Part shown: positions 62,331-64,000 of the stretch, piece by piece
Numbering within the stretch: position 1 is the stretch's first letter
Layout: each line of letters begins with the position of its first letter
Translations under genes and position numbers: made by a program
Source: Chloroflexota bacterium
GTDB taxonomy: Bacteria; Chloroflexota; Dehalococcoidia; Lucifugimonadales; UBA2985
Direction of reading: 5' to 3'
NCBI GenBank assembly: GCA_028877205.1
Contig: JAPPHY010000003.1
Coordinates: 64,083 to 128,082, forward strand
Length of the DNA stretch: 64,000 bases
Notes under the pieces: model-generated
What the model was told of the DNA's origin: nothing
The model's input: the letters and a program-made list of their open reading frames with translations, nothing else
Databases searched by the model: none

Positions 62331-63242
62331 TCAATTGCAGTCCACCACGTGCGCCCCCAGTGCGGAGGGCGACGTGATCCTGACAGTTGCCTGGTACCCC
62401 AGCTTGTCGGCTGCGTCCGCCATCTCGAAGCCGATGGTCATGAACCTCGATGCGGCCAGCGCCAGCACGCTCGATCCCCCGCCCGAAAGGAAGGCGCACA
62501 GCGCGCCGGCGCTCTCGGCGGCGCGGATGACGTACTTCATAGCGGGGAAGATCCCGGCGCGGGCTGGCTGGTGCAGCCGGTCCTGGGCGGCCACTCTCAG
62601 GTTCTCCGTGCGGCCCTGTGCGAGCGCGTTCACCAGCAGTGCCACTCTTCCGAGATTGAATACTGCGTCCTCGCGCGTGACGTCCGGGGAGAGCACAGCT
62701 CTCGCCTGCCGAGTTGGCATGGGCACGTCCGGCACGAGCACGATGGCCTTGAGCTCGGGTGGCGTGGACACTGCGTCCGCGACTATCGAGTCGCCGTTCC
62801 GAACGACCACGCGGCAGCCGCCGAGCAGGGCCGGAGCCACGTTGTCGGCGTGGCCCTCCATCCGCGCGGCCAGCTGCAGGAGACACGGCTCATCGAGCGG
62901 CCGCTCACAGAGAGCATTCGCTGCCACCAACCCGCCGACGAGGGCGGCGGCGCTGCTCCCCAGGCCGCGGGCCAGGGGTATGCGGTTCTCGCAGGTGACC
63001 GAGAGGTGCGGAGGCTCCTCACCGGCCTCGCGAAACAGGGCCTGCGCCGCGCGGTAGACCAGGTTGTCCTCCGAGCTGCTCAGGCTGTCGGCGCCCTCGC
63101 CCAAGGCTACCACGCGCGGCTCGGATGAGACCTCCACGTGTACGTCGTTCCACCAGTCGAGGGCCATGCCCAGGCAGTCGAAACCGGGACCCAGGTTGGC
63201 CGTGGTGGCGGGCACCCGCACGCTAACGCTTCGTGGACGCAT
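62331..63242 (-). CDS. thrB: homoserine kinase
   Basis: VRVPATTANLGPGFDCLG and PLARGLGSSAA (GHMP kinase motif). Confidence 0.9.
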   Translation of the reverse strand: MRPRSVSVRVPATTANLGPGFDCLGMALDWWNDVHVEVSSEPRVVALGEGADSLSSSEDNLVYRAAQALFREAGEEPPHLSVTCENRIPLARGLGSSAAALVGGLVAANALCERPLDEPCLLQLAARMEGHADNVAPALLGGCRVVVRNGDSIVADAVSTPPELKAIVLVPDVPMPTRQARAVLSPDVTREDAVFNLGRVALLVNALAQGRTENLRVAAQDRLHQPARAGIFPAMKYVIRAAESAGALCAFLSGGGSSVLALAASRFMTIGFEMADAADKLGYQATVRITSPSALGAHVVDCN

Positions 63243-63415
63243 AGCACGAGTATACAGGGCGACACGGCGCGGATTCAAGGAAGTGCCGGCCGATGGAGAG
63301 TTGCTTACGAATCTTACATTTTGGCCGGAACACTACCGCAGCCGGATTCGATGGGGTACAATAAGCGGCGGAAGTGATTCAGGGGAGCATATATGGCGTC
63401 CCCAAGGAGGTGGAG

Positions 63416-63913
63416 ATGACGACCTTCAGCAGGACAGGCGCCGGTTCAGTATACGCGCCGCGGGGCGCTCAGAAGGCCCTTGAGCAGGAGGTTATCGACC
63501 GCTTCCTTGCGCGCGCTTCGGCGCTGGGCATGACGCCCAAGCCGCTGAACATCAAGCTTCTGGGCGGCGGCCTCATGGGCCTGTGGGAGGCCGCGGGAAC
63601 CTACCGGGTGTCGTGGCGAGAGGCGGTCCGGGTGGGCATCCCGGGCGTCGCAAGCATCTCGATGCGCATGCCCCGCAGCGGCGTGTTCACGAAGTACGAC
63701 GCGAACAGGGTGCTGATGAGCGTGGAAGCGGAGGCCTACCGGCTGCCCCTGTCCACCCTGAACGAGATCGAAGAGACGGCGGTACTGGCCGAGGAGGTTG
63801 ACCCCATCCTGGCGGTGAGAGTGGCCGGCCGCTGGTTCGAGGTGTATCGCTGGCTCAAGCGGCCCTACGTGCTCTCGGACGCCGAGGCGCGGCACATGGC
63901 CGCCATTCGTTAG
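63416..63913 (+). CDS. hypothetical protein
   Basis: ATG at 63416 sits behind AAGGAGGTGGAG. The 165-aa product has non-shadow-like composition and is followed by an intrinsic terminator. No family recognised. Confidence 0.5.
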   Translation: MTTFSRTGAGSVYAPRGAQKALEQEVIDRFLARASALGMTPKPLNIKLLGGGLMGLWEAAGTYRVSWREAVRVGIPGVASISMRMPRSGVFTKYDANRVLMSVEAEAYRLPLSTLNEIEETAVLAEEVDPILAVRVAGRWFEVYRWLKRPYVLSDAEARHMAAIR

Positions 63914-63941
63914 CTGCGCGACACATTGCGGAATGAAGAGA

Positions 63942-63974
63942 GGGGCCGGGGAAGCCCCCCCCCGTGTTTTTTTT
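63942..63974 (+). terminator. intrinsic terminator
   Basis: A G-rich/C-rich hairpin (GGGGCCGGGGAAGCCCCCCCCC) is followed by T8 (63967..63974). Confidence 0.7.
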
Positions 63975-64000
63975 GGCAAACGCGCAACTGGCTGGGGGGC

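Overview
A 64 kb, high-GC (roughly 60-65% by eye) and densely coding stretch of bacterial chromosome. I support about 61 protein genes. By eye I found no rRNA, tRNA, CRISPR array, transposase or integrase. All family calls come from motif recognition on the supplied translations or my own manual translations; no database search was run.

Most of the window is housekeeping:
- A five-gene Liv-type branched-chain amino-acid ABC operon.
- A UbiA-type prenyltransferase/UbiX/MenG quinone cluster, plus TenA, FolC and FabF.
- SelA, acetyl-CoA synthetase, TrmI and ProVW behind a TetR.
- RNase PH, ComEA/ComEC, infC-rpmI-rplT and thrB-lysC.

Lipoproteins with Pro/Thr-rich linkers, an HMGL enzyme that may be a Re-citrate synthase, and family III CoA-transferases suggest a Chloroflexota-like organism. 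That taxonomic call is low-confidence inference.

Items worth a second look:
1. An AhpE-like peroxiredoxin whose catalytic Cys codon is an in-frame TGA. The ORF track splits it in two, there is a candidate SECIS hairpin, and selA lies 5 kb away.
2. A zinc module flanked by two RHH-antitoxin paralogues. It holds Zur, a ZnuA-type binding protein with a ~385-aa beta-propeller-like domain nested in its His-rich loop, and a Cys-less copy of a small zinc-ribbon-type protein.
3. An aspartokinase cut by an in-frame TGA exactly at the catalytic/ACT junction.
4. A GPP34-domain/P450-like fusion at the left edge that the ORF track misses.
5. A tandem family III CoA-transferase fusion.
6. A DUF429 gene with a 1-nt frameshift.
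7. A low-GC single-gene island carrying a NucS-like nuclease.
8. A hairpin-rich intergenic repeat family with four copies.
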